Source of the DNA: a bacterium
Lineage (GTDB): Bacteria; Vulcanimicrobiota; Xenobia; Xenobiales; Xenobiaceae
NCBI GenBank assembly: GCA_030535355.1
Contig: JAUNIO010000007.1
Location: forward strand, 15,742-79,741
Direction of reading: 5' to 3'
DNA: 64,000 nt
Below the pieces are notes generated by a model. The model saw only the letters and a program-made list of their open reading frames with translations, made no database searches and was not told where the DNA came from. Below are positions 38,168 to 46,487 of the stretch, in pieces. How positions within the stretch are numbered: position 1 is the first letter of the stretch; every line of letters starts with the position of its first letter. A program made the translations under genes and the position numbers.

Positions 38168-41100
38168 TCATTGAGTTCCTGCCCGCCAGGCCTGAGCTTC
38201 TAAATTGAAAAGCAAATCAAGCCTGGTCTTCTCGTCGAGTTCCAGCTCGCCCAGCCAATAGCGAAGCATCGTTTCCAGAGCCTCTGCTTTGCTGGCGCAG
38301 GTACGGCCATAGATATTCCCATAAATATAGTGCACCAGCAGGGCAAAATCCGCACCTTCCAGCTTAAGTTCCGAACGGACAAAGCCCAAATGTTCCTTAA
38401 ACGCTCCTTCCGGATTGTCGGCAGGTTTTTCGGAGTCTGTGATCACAGCCTGGCGATAGAGCTGCAGCAAACGCCTGTCCCGCATTAGCTGCAAGTATTT
38501 GCGCACTCTTTTCGGGGTAATTTCACCCGGGGAGAAATGCTCCAGTCCCGGCAGCACGCCCAGCTTACAGTTTTGGGGCTGAGCGTAATAAACTTCGGCC
38601 ACCTCCCGCACCTGCTCATCATCGGCCTCGAGCAGCTCTCCCGCATCGTTGTCGATCTTGACCTGCACGGCCTTGGGCCAGTCCTGGGTCAGCACGATGG
38701 CGTAGCCGGCGCGCAGATTGGAAAGGAAAGCTTTTTGGTCATCCTCCAAAGCCATAGTATTGCCGATAGCTTCCTTGTCGTCCTGAGCGAAGAGCCTGTG
38801 CACGATTTTGGTATTGGTGTTTTTCAGAACCTCCGGCGTCATCTTATCCGGGATTTGATCTACGATAATCAGAGACTCTCCGTATTTGCGCACCTCCGCC
38901 AGCATATTGGCGAAGACCTCGACGCCCTGGCGCTTGCTGGGGCTGTCGCCGGGCACAAAGCGGCTGAACAGGCGGTGGGCTTCCTCCACCAGGGTAATGT
39001 GCTGAAAGCGCCGGCCCTCTTTGCGTCTTGCGTAGTATTCCAGCTTCACGGCCTGAAGCAGATTGGTCATGATAAAGCCCATAATCATGGATTTTTCCGC
39101 GCCATTGCGGATCTCTTCCAGTTCAATAACCACCTGGCGGTGAATCAAATCGCGGAAATTCACCGAGCGCGGCGTGTTCAGCATCAGGCCCTTAGCTCCC
39201 ACCATCAGGCTGTTGATACGGGCGCGCAGAGAACCCAGGTACTCGGCTTGCAGGCGCTCGCCGAACTCCTGTTCTATGGTGACCTCCTCCACAGCCTTTT
39301 TGAAATCCGTTAGGGTAGGGAAAGCGTAGCTGCCCGGGGCGAAGGGGTCCTCCTTCTTCCCATTCACGAACCACTCGTCCGTGCTGACATTCCAGCCCTT
39401 ATACTCGTAAGCGCGATAGACGCCAGCCTCCAAAATTTGGGGAATAGCCGCTTCCATCTCAAAGGCCGCTTCCATGGTGGCCTTGATCATATCCGCCCGG
39501 GCCGACACCGGCTCGCCCGGAAACAGCTCAAAGGGATTGAGGTAAAAGGGCGCGGTATCCTGTTGGCCAGGCGTGAAATAGGTCAGCTGAGGGAAACGGG
39601 GCTGGCCTTGGTCATCTTTCTGGCCGTAGAGCGTGCGATACTCTGTCTTGACAGGTTCGATGACCAGAAAAGGTACGCCGCATTCGCGCAGGATTTTCTG
39701 ACAGGTCGTGGTCTTGCCGCTGCCCGTAACCCCGGCCACAAAAGTGTGCTTGTCGAGAACCCTTCTATCCAAGGCGATCGGCACCTGGCGGCGCACCGTG
39801 CCGCACTGCACCAGATGGCCCAGCTCCAAGCGATCTTCCTGCGGCTGCGGCACGTTCAGGCCGAATTCCACCTCCCGGCGCAGGCCCAGGCCGATAACAT
39901 CTCTTTGGGGCAGGCCCGTCAGAATTCCCAGCTCCTCGGCTGAAAGCCAGCTGCCGCAAAAGACCTTCTGATTCCCAGAAGTTTTCTGAGAGAGCGCCGC
40001 CATACCCAGGCGAACCAATTCCCCCTCCCGGCGCTTAGCATGAGGTATCTGCAGATTCTGCAGCGCTTCATAGCAGCGTTTGTGCTTGGGAGAGTCTCGC
40101 TCGATCTCGGCGAAGGATAAAGCCGAACGGTTGCCTTGCTGGCTGCTGTAGAGCGACATCGCCGTATTGGCCAGCCGGTACATGACCGGACGGTCGTCGC
40201 TGAAGAGAAATGCGCAGGTCAGGAAAAGCCCTTTGCCCCGCCCCCGATCCAGGCGAGGCAGCAGCACATCGTCCAGATATTTGCTCCAGCCCGAAGCTTC
40301 GCGGTTGTCACTGCGCAGCTGCACGGTTAAATTAACGCTGCGGCTGGAGCTGGAAGTGTCCGAACGCGTTTTGTGGTGCGCATAGGTGGTGCTGAAGCTG
40401 TCATCCCGGCTGCTGCCCGTCTGGGAGCCGCTGCTGCTGGATTGGCTGCTGCCATCCGTAGTGCTGTAAGAGTCGCTGTACTGGCGCTGCTCACTGCTGC
40501 TGGTAGAATAATTTTTCCGTCCATCATGCCCAGCGCTGTAATTTTCGGAATCACTCTCCGATTGGGTGTTCGAGCTACCGCCAGAAGACTTGTTATTCGA
40601 TGTGCTCTTCGACGAAGTCGAGGAATTGTGCTGGCCATATTCCTCGCTCGTATTGCTGCCCGCTGACGCCTGGACCTGGTTGGTGCGCGTATGGCGCACC
40701 TCCTCATCAGTGCGGTTGCTGCTCTCGCTCTCGTGCTGCGATTCCGTTTGGTGCACGCCGTGCGAGGACTGCCGGGCATGGCTGATGCTGCCGCTCGCAC
40801 TGTTGCTGTCTGAGCTGCCCTCTGTGAATTGCCGCGTCAGATTGGCCAGCGGGGCCAGCAAGTCGAAAACCCGCAGCAGGTCGGCCTCGAGAGCATCCAT
40901 TTCCGCTTCGGTATAGGGCTGGGCCAGCACCACAAAGCCAAAGCTGCTGCCCCCCATCACGTCGATCAGGCGGTCCACGCCCTGGAAATCTCCCTGAGCC
41001 TGATCGGGATCGGCCCCGGGCACTCCGGTCAGCACGCCGAAATATTTAGCACTGCGCATACGCTCCAGCACCTCAGCCTTCTCCGCCGCCCGGTTTTGCG

Positions 41101-41563
41101 AGCCCAGCTCGGTCACCTGGCTGCCCCGAAAATTGCCCTCTATGCTCGGCTTAAGGAGCTTGCTGACTAAATCGTACTCGTTGAGCTTGAATTCGGAGGG
41201 GTTATTTTCGGTGAGATCGCGGCCCACCCCGAAGTAAAAATCCACTTTGCCCTGGCCGTCGCCGAGGATTATGTAGATAAAATTCATGGCCTCGCAGCGC
41301 CGGAAGGCGCCCAGGATATTCTCCAGGGCCTCGCGGCGCGGGGCCTTTTCCTCGAACATGATCTCATCTATATGGCAGAGAAAAAACTGATCCGCGGCCA
41401 GACTGCGGGGCAACGGCAGCCATTCCGTTTCCCCCGCCAGCAGGGAACGGTGAGCGGGAGCGCGCAAATATTTGAGCAATTCCCGGGACTTCTCATTCTC
41501 AAGATCGGCCTTCTCCAGGTCCTGACCATCGGCTCCGCGCTGTTCAGCTCTCATCTCGTCCAT
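38168..41563 (-). CDS. HerA/FtsK-superfamily P-loop ATPase with an N-terminal unknown domain and a Ser-rich disordered insert
   Basis: Walker A is VAGVTGSGKTTT and the DEAH-like Walker B is ITLVEEAHRLF. A SLIIVDQIPDK motif is also present. Residues ~245-415 are low-complexity Ser/Thr/Asn/Gln. Confidence 0.8.
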   Translation of the reverse strand: MDEMRAEQRGADGQDLEKADLENEKSRELLKYLRAPAHRSLLAGETEWLPLPRSLAADQFFLCHIDEIMFEEKAPRREALENILGAFRRCEAMNFIYIILGDGQGKVDFYFGVGRDLTENNPSEFKLNEYDLVSKLLKPSIEGNFRGSQVTELGSQNRAAEKAEVLERMRSAKYFGVLTGVPGADPDQAQGDFQGVDRLIDVMGGSSFGFVVLAQPYTEAEMDALEADLLRVFDLLAPLANLTRQFTEGSSDSNSASGSISHARQSSHGVHQTESQHESESSNRTDEEVRHTRTNQVQASAGSNTSEEYGQHNSSTSSKSTSNNKSSGGSSNTQSESDSENYSAGHDGRKNYSTSSSEQRQYSDSYSTTDGSSQSSSSGSQTGSSRDDSFSTTYAHHKTRSDTSSSSRSVNLTVQLRSDNREASGWSKYLDDVLLPRLDRGRGKGLFLTCAFLFSDDRPVMYRLANTAMSLYSSQQGNRSALSFAEIERDSPKHKRCYEALQNLQIPHAKRREGELVRLGMAALSQKTSGNQKVFCGSWLSAEELGILTGLPQRDVIGLGLRREVEFGLNVPQPQEDRLELGHLVQCGTVRRQVPIALDRRVLDKHTFVAGVTGSGKTTTCQKILRECGVPFLVIEPVKTEYRTLYGQKDDQGQPRFPQLTYFTPGQQDTAPFYLNPFELFPGEPVSARADMIKATMEAAFEMEAAIPQILEAGVYRAYEYKGWNVSTDEWFVNGKKEDPFAPGSYAFPTLTDFKKAVEEVTIEQEFGERLQAEYLGSLRARINSLMVGAKGLMLNTPRSVNFRDLIHRQVVIELEEIRNGAEKSMIMGFIMTNLLQAVKLEYYARRKEGRRFQHITLVEEAHRLFSRFVPGDSPSKRQGVEVFANMLAEVRKYGESLIIVDQIPDKMTPEVLKNTNTKIVHRLFAQDDKEAIGNTMALEDDQKAFLSNLRAGYAIVLTQDWPKAVQVKIDNDAGELLEADDEQVREVAEVYYAQPQNCKLGVLPGLEHFSPGEITPKRVRKYLQLMRDRRLLQLYRQAVITDSEKPADNPEGAFKEHLGFVRSELKLEGADFALLVHYIYGNIYGRTCASKAEALETMLRYWLGELELDEKTRLDLLFNLEAQAWRAGTQ

Positions 41564-41642
41564 CTAGCCCTCCTGCTCTTATCCTTCTCCGCTTATCCTT
41601 AGCTCAACCTCAGCTTAACCTTGCTTACCCCACTGGGAACGC

Positions 41643-44600
41643 TCACTTCAGCTCCTGGCGGTGGGTTTTGCGCTGCACTTCGGGCTTAGCAAAATCTTCC
41701 GGCCGGCCCACGGCATACTCGATAGTGTTCGGATCTACTTTTCTGATATAGATGGCTGTGTCTGGGGAATCGCTAACCTCATCGTCATCCAAAGAGCAGA
41801 ACAGGCAAGAGACCGCTCTTTTCGGCAGCACACCCGGCTTCGCCGCCCGCGGCTCCGAGGTATAATAGAGGTAGAAACAGTTCTCATTGGCATAATCGTA
41901 TTTATTCCACACTCCATAACCGCCATTGGGAGGGATAACGGTATTAAATTTATCCTCGTCGTCGAGGTTGCCGAGATACCAAATAAAGGGAGCTTCTCCG
42001 TCCGCGCGGTTCTCATCGTCGATGCGCACGTCTTTGCCGCTGCGACGGCAGCGCAGCAAACCGAAGGCCACCCCGGTCTTACCGGTGCACGTGCGGTCCA
42101 GCTCAATGGCCAGGCGCTCTGCCTCAGCGGCAAGCGCGGCCTCCGTTTCCTTCTTAGCCTGGTCCGCTCCCGGCTGCTGATCGGAAGCGGCCTCCTCCTG
42201 CATACCCAGAGGCAAATGCAGGGCGAACATCACTTTGGTATTGGCCTCTTGACCGCGTTCTTCCAGGAGACGCTGCTGCCCGTTTTTCTCTATGGCCTCG
42301 ATCTTGCGCTGAAATAGCTTCTTAACCACCGGGCTTTTGCAGGAATTGCCCGCCAGCAAAATATGGATTGGCAGCTGTTTCAGACGGTCTGGGTAATTCT
42401 TTGGGCCAAATACCTGAAACAGCATATCGAAAAAGTTATCCACCCCGACTTCAATGCGGCGTTCGACGAGCTTTTCCAAGGCGTCGACTTTGATCACCAG
42501 CTTGACGGAGACGGGACCCTGCTGCTCTCCACCCAAACTGTACAGATTAATACTCGTATTTCCTTTGCTGAACTTGTTTTGATACCCCTCATGTTTTTCC
42601 CAGATGGGACGCATAAGCTCGGCCAGCGCCCGCCGGTTCATATAGGCCTCCTGCGGTGCCTGATCGGTTTTGTACACCAGCCGCTCCGCGCCCGCGAAAG
42701 GCTCCGCATCCGGCGGCAGCACAAAAGGAATAAACATAGAGCGCATCACCTGCAGGTTATCCTTATAGACCTCATAAGCCATGAGGTTCAGTAAATTTTC
42801 CCCGCCTAAGTTAACATCGCCGCTGGCCCCAAACTGATGCAGGATAAATTTGCCAAAGCGCCTATCCTCGGGTTTCTCCTCGACACCGAAATCGAAATCG
42901 GTCGTGCCCCCGCCGAAATCGAAGATCGCATAGGAGACGCGCTGCCCGCTCTCCTTGGGCTGCAGTCCCAACTCTTTCAAAGCGCAGGCGGCATAAGCGG
43001 CAGGCTCGCTGACGAGCGAATCGACGAAAAAGTATTTCATGACTTTATCATCGCTAAGAATGGAGGGCGGCAAAGATTTTCTCAGGCCGCGCTCAAAGCT
43101 GGCCTTCAGGCGCCCACACACATCTTTGCCGTAATTGACGGGAAACGACAAATTATAGCGCAGAAAAATGCCGTGCATCATGTTGTTGATGTACAGGCCC
43201 AAATAATAGGCGTAAACCTCGATAGGGTCGAAATCACCATTCTCGAGTTCCAGATAAGGCTTCAGCTCCAAGTCGCGCCCTTGGCCGTCCTCTAAAAGCA
43301 GGCGGCGTTTCCTATCGTTGGCCCACTGCTTCAGCTCGCTGAATATCGAGTATCCGCCTATGTCTTTCAGATCATTATAGGCTTGATGGGAAACCGTCAG
43401 TTGCTCCCATTCGGTCAAAGGACGCCCCTCGCGGGCCTCGTAGGCGCGGCGGAAGCCCTGCAGATCGCGCAGTTCGATCACCGTGGGGTTTTCAAAATCC
43501 TCCAGCACGGGCGCGGCAGCGTAATTGCCCTTGCCCACGCGCAGCAGACGCTCGTCCGTGCCGCGCGCACAGGCTACCACCGTGCTCTTGGTGCCAAAGT
43601 CAATGGCAACCTCGCCATTTTGGATTATATCATTTTGGGGAGGGCGCGCGAAAACCGGCTGCTCCAGCTGAATAGCGGAGTACCCCGCCTCATCGCGCTG
43701 CTTTAACCCTTCAAAGAGTTCCCAATGTCCCTTGTTGCGGTCGGTCAGCTGATCTTCAGAGTATGGAGTCAGATCGGCCCTGCGCTTATCGGAGTTAAGG
43801 TAATAATCGAAGATGAGCTTAACGTCGCTGCCCGAGAGGACGGCGTCGGTATTAGCCTGATAATCGTACCTGACGCCATAGACCGAACGCTTGATCCTGC
43901 CCGCCCGGAAATTCGCTAAAAGAGCGCCTATTTTCAGAGAAATGCCGCCTTTAGCCTCTTCTAGGTAAGGCAAAAATACTTTTAAATCCTCAGCATACGG
44001 CGTTTCCAGCATACGCCGGAACGCGTCTTCCTGCTCGGCGCTCAAGCCCTCGGGTATGAGTTTCCAGCACAAAAGCTCCCAAATGGTTTCGGGATAGCTC
44101 AAGGGCAGGGCATTGTTCCCCCGCAGCCGGCAGACAGCCATAAGAGGAAACTGCACGCTCTGGCCCACGGCCGCTAATCTCCCCGCCTCTTGGGCGTTGC
44201 CGTTATTGAAGCTTAAAAGCCGCCCGCTCTCTGTTTTTAAGTCGTTTTTCAAACCTCCAAAAGAGCCGCTAAAGAGATAGCTTTTATAGGTGCTTCCCGC
44301 TATTTGCAAATATCCGGCTTCATTTAAATAAGGATTGCCATTGCCCTGGCAAAACGTCCGCATTCCCTCCTGAGCGGTCACCGGCTCAAACCGCAGCCCG
44401 CCGCAGGCCAGTTCAGTATAAGCGCCCACCTCCGCAGCGTAATGGCCGCAGCCCAGCCGTAAGCTTACTCCCGCCTTCTCCCATTGAGGATAGAGGCCCG
44501 CCACCTGGCGGTCCAGCCACAGCGGATCGCTTTTCATCTTTATAAAGCGCCTGTCGCAGGGTTCGCGCAGCAGGTTTAACAGCTCGGTGAACTCGCGCCC

Positions 44601-44708
44601 CAGCTGGCCCAAACCGTCATCAGCCTTTTTAATTATGCTGCTTTCTATTTTCGTTTTGGGCAGTTTTACGCTTTTCACGGGAATGGGAGTAACTGTACAC
44701 AAATCCAT
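41643..44708 (-). CDS. Hsp70/actin-fold ATPase-like protein with large N- and C-terminal extensions and no canonical substrate-binding domain
   Basis: Hsp70 nucleotide-binding motifs are present: AIDFGTKSTVVA (phosphate-1), SEPAAYAA, IFDFGGGTTDFDFG (phosphate-2) and ILLAGNSCKSPVV (adenosine). Confidence 0.8.
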   Translation of the reverse strand: MDLCTVTPIPVKSVKLPKTKIESSIIKKADDGLGQLGREFTELLNLLREPCDRRFIKMKSDPLWLDRQVAGLYPQWEKAGVSLRLGCGHYAAEVGAYTELACGGLRFEPVTAQEGMRTFCQGNGNPYLNEAGYLQIAGSTYKSYLFSGSFGGLKNDLKTESGRLLSFNNGNAQEAGRLAAVGQSVQFPLMAVCRLRGNNALPLSYPETIWELLCWKLIPEGLSAEQEDAFRRMLETPYAEDLKVFLPYLEEAKGGISLKIGALLANFRAGRIKRSVYGVRYDYQANTDAVLSGSDVKLIFDYYLNSDKRRADLTPYSEDQLTDRNKGHWELFEGLKQRDEAGYSAIQLEQPVFARPPQNDIIQNGEVAIDFGTKSTVVACARGTDERLLRVGKGNYAAAPVLEDFENPTVIELRDLQGFRRAYEAREGRPLTEWEQLTVSHQAYNDLKDIGGYSIFSELKQWANDRKRRLLLEDGQGRDLELKPYLELENGDFDPIEVYAYYLGLYINNMMHGIFLRYNLSFPVNYGKDVCGRLKASFERGLRKSLPPSILSDDKVMKYFFVDSLVSEPAAYAACALKELGLQPKESGQRVSYAIFDFGGGTTDFDFGVEEKPEDRRFGKFILHQFGASGDVNLGGENLLNLMAYEVYKDNLQVMRSMFIPFVLPPDAEPFAGAERLVYKTDQAPQEAYMNRRALAELMRPIWEKHEGYQNKFSKGNTSINLYSLGGEQQGPVSVKLVIKVDALEKLVERRIEVGVDNFFDMLFQVFGPKNYPDRLKQLPIHILLAGNSCKSPVVKKLFQRKIEAIEKNGQQRLLEERGQEANTKVMFALHLPLGMQEEAASDQQPGADQAKKETEAALAAEAERLAIELDRTCTGKTGVAFGLLRCRRSGKDVRIDDENRADGEAPFIWYLGNLDDEDKFNTVIPPNGGYGVWNKYDYANENCFYLYYTSEPRAAKPGVLPKRAVSCLFCSLDDDEVSDSPDTAIYIRKVDPNTIEYAVGRPEDFAKPEVQRKTHRQELK

Positions 44709-44830
44709 ATCTCTATACCTCCGGCCTCCAGCAGCCTGCTGCAGCTAGGGCAGCCAGGCAGAAGCGGCCTCTGAACTAACAAATATGACCAACGATTATT
44801 ACCAACAAATATTAAACTTCTGTCCTGTCC

Positions 44831-46111
44831 TCACTCCACATGAACGATGCTCTTCCTGATCATCTTAACACGGCCGCCTATGCGCTCCAGATACAGATTG
44901 CGGTAGCCCGGCAGCAGGACCCGCGTAACCCGGCCCTGAGCGCGGCTGGAACGATCCGGCGTGTGGCGGTCCATATCGTAGGGCTGTCCGGCCGCCTCAT
45001 CGGCCTGCGCATAAACCTCTTCCGATTTAGAGGCATTCACCAGCTGCATAGCATAGCTGAACAGTTCGCGCAGATATTGCAGGTCAGCAGCGGCCCCCTC
45101 GCGCAGGCACAGTTCCATCTCGTCCCAAATGCTCTCCAAACCATCATCCTGGGCCCCGCCGCAGATAAAAGACATAAAGCTGGGCTGACGGCAGAGGCAC
45201 TCCAGACGCTGGCGGCTCGCCGGGCGCAGATTTTCCCAGCGCTGATAGAGGTCCCAGCCCTCGGGAAAGCGCTGCTGCAGCTGATTATCCAGCTCTTCAT
45301 TGACATCTTCCAGCTCATTCTTCTGCTGCTGCAGTTCTGTCAGCTTAGCGTTTAATTGGCTGCGGAGCCGCTGTTCGCGCTCGCGGGCTTCGTCAAGGTC
45401 GCGCTGGTACTTAGCGGTAATCTCCCTTACCGCTTCCTCCTTCTCTTCCGCCTTCTGCCGGGCGACATCAGCCAGCCGCCTCACCTCCTCCTGGGCCCTG
45501 CTGACCTCCTGCTGGGCCGAAGTTCGTATCTGGCGAATCTCCCGCTCGGACTCCGCTTTAATCCGGCTGCACTCGCGCTCGGACTCTTCCTTAAGACTGG
45601 CACATTGCTGCTGAGCGCTCGCAAGCTTTTGACTTAACTCCCGGTTAGCATCCGTATGCCCTTTGCACAAGCGCTGCAGCTCTTGGTAATTCTGCTGCAG
45701 CTCTCGATGCTGCTTCTCCAGGCCTGCGTAACTGCTGTTTAGTTCTGCATATTGACTTTCGAGCTGGCCATATTGATTTTTAAGCTCTTTGATTTCTCTA
45801 GACTGCTCTTCACTCGCTGGCGTAGTTGCTAACTGCTCTTGCGTCCCGTACTGCTGATTCTGGCCCAAGAGCAGGCTAGCGTCAGGGCCACCATCTCTGC
45901 CGCTATCCCTTGAGCGCGAGTTTGTCATTGAGTGCGAGTTGACAGCGGTTTTTCTAGTTGAGCTTTCACCTGCGCCTTCAGCGCGGGACTGCACTACCTC
46001 GCGCAGCTTCTGCTGAATCTCGGATTCGTCCAACAAATTTAGCACCAGCTCTAAAAGGCTGGCGCGCGATTTGCTGTTTTTATTATAATTCTCGTTTCTG
46101 GCGAAACACAT
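44831..46111 (-). CDS. long coiled-coil protein with a GrpE-like C-terminal domain
   Basis: Contains ~200 aa of heptad-like Glu/Gln/Arg-rich sequence. The C-terminus GQPYDMDRHTP...GRVTRVLLPGYRNLY...MIRKSIVHV resembles the GrpE pattern G.xFDPxxH...V..V.xKGY....R.IRxxMV.V. Confidence 0.6.
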   Translation of the reverse strand: MCFARNENYNKNSKSRASLLELVLNLLDESEIQQKLREVVQSRAEGAGESSTRKTAVNSHSMTNSRSRDSGRDGGPDASLLLGQNQQYGTQEQLATTPASEEQSREIKELKNQYGQLESQYAELNSSYAGLEKQHRELQQNYQELQRLCKGHTDANRELSQKLASAQQQCASLKEESERECSRIKAESEREIRQIRTSAQQEVSRAQEEVRRLADVARQKAEEKEEAVREITAKYQRDLDEAREREQRLRSQLNAKLTELQQQKNELEDVNEELDNQLQQRFPEGWDLYQRWENLRPASRQRLECLCRQPSFMSFICGGAQDDGLESIWDEMELCLREGAAADLQYLRELFSYAMQLVNASKSEEVYAQADEAAGQPYDMDRHTPDRSSRAQGRVTRVLLPGYRNLYLERIGGRVKMIRKSIVHVE

Positions 46112-46130
46112 TTCTCAGCCTACTTCCAAA

Positions 46131-46196
46131 TTAACAGGGTTTAACAGGGATTATCAAGGGAATATTAGGGATTTGCGGAGGATTATCGAGGGATTC
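46131..46196 (-). promoter_or_regulatory. six phased AATCCCT-like repeats (minus-strand reading) just upstream of the operon start
   Basis: The plus strand reads TTAACAGGGT TTAACAGGGAT TATCAAGGGAA TATTAGGGATT TGCGGAGGAT TATCGAGGGATT, with a period of 10-11 nt. The array lies 20-85 nt upstream of the ATG at 46111. Confidence 0.45.
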
Positions 46197-46418
46197 GTAT
46201 CTGTAAAGCGACATTTTCATGAGCGCGGGGCTTGCAAACACGTCCTTGACGCTCTCTTTGTTCACTTAAGCCAATAGATTCTCCTGCCCAAACGTCTGCG
46301 CTACTGGCAAAAAAAAAAAACATAAGACATACAAATTTGCAGCCGCGCCAAATAGCACTCCTTCAAAGAACAGAATCTCATCCTTACCCAAGACCCTTGC
46401 CTGAAGGCTTAACGGCAT

Positions 46419-46471
46419 AAAAAAAACGCGTTCCCCGGCCTCAGGCTCTCAGCCTGACACCGAGAAACGCG
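46419..46471 (-). terminator. possible intrinsic terminator after the lipoprotein pseudogene
   Basis: On the minus strand a CGCGTT...AACGCG outer stem encloses an AGGCT/AGCCT inner stem, followed by T8. Confidence 0.4.
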
Positions 46472-46487
46472 GCAAAACACACCCAGC

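Noticed and set aside
40327-40800. 157-aa minus-strand alternative-frame ORF (Ala/Arg-rich)
   Set aside because: It lies in another frame of the Ser-rich low-complexity insert of the HerA-like gene. The repetitive codons remove stops in several frames.
37003-44000. Many 80-260-aa plus-strand ORFs inside the ATPase operon (for example 37003-37779, 38537-39313, 41661-42317)
   Set aside because: All are antisense to long minus-strand ORFs that carry clear Walker or Hsp70 motifs. Their products are Leu/Arg/Gln-rich with no motifs.
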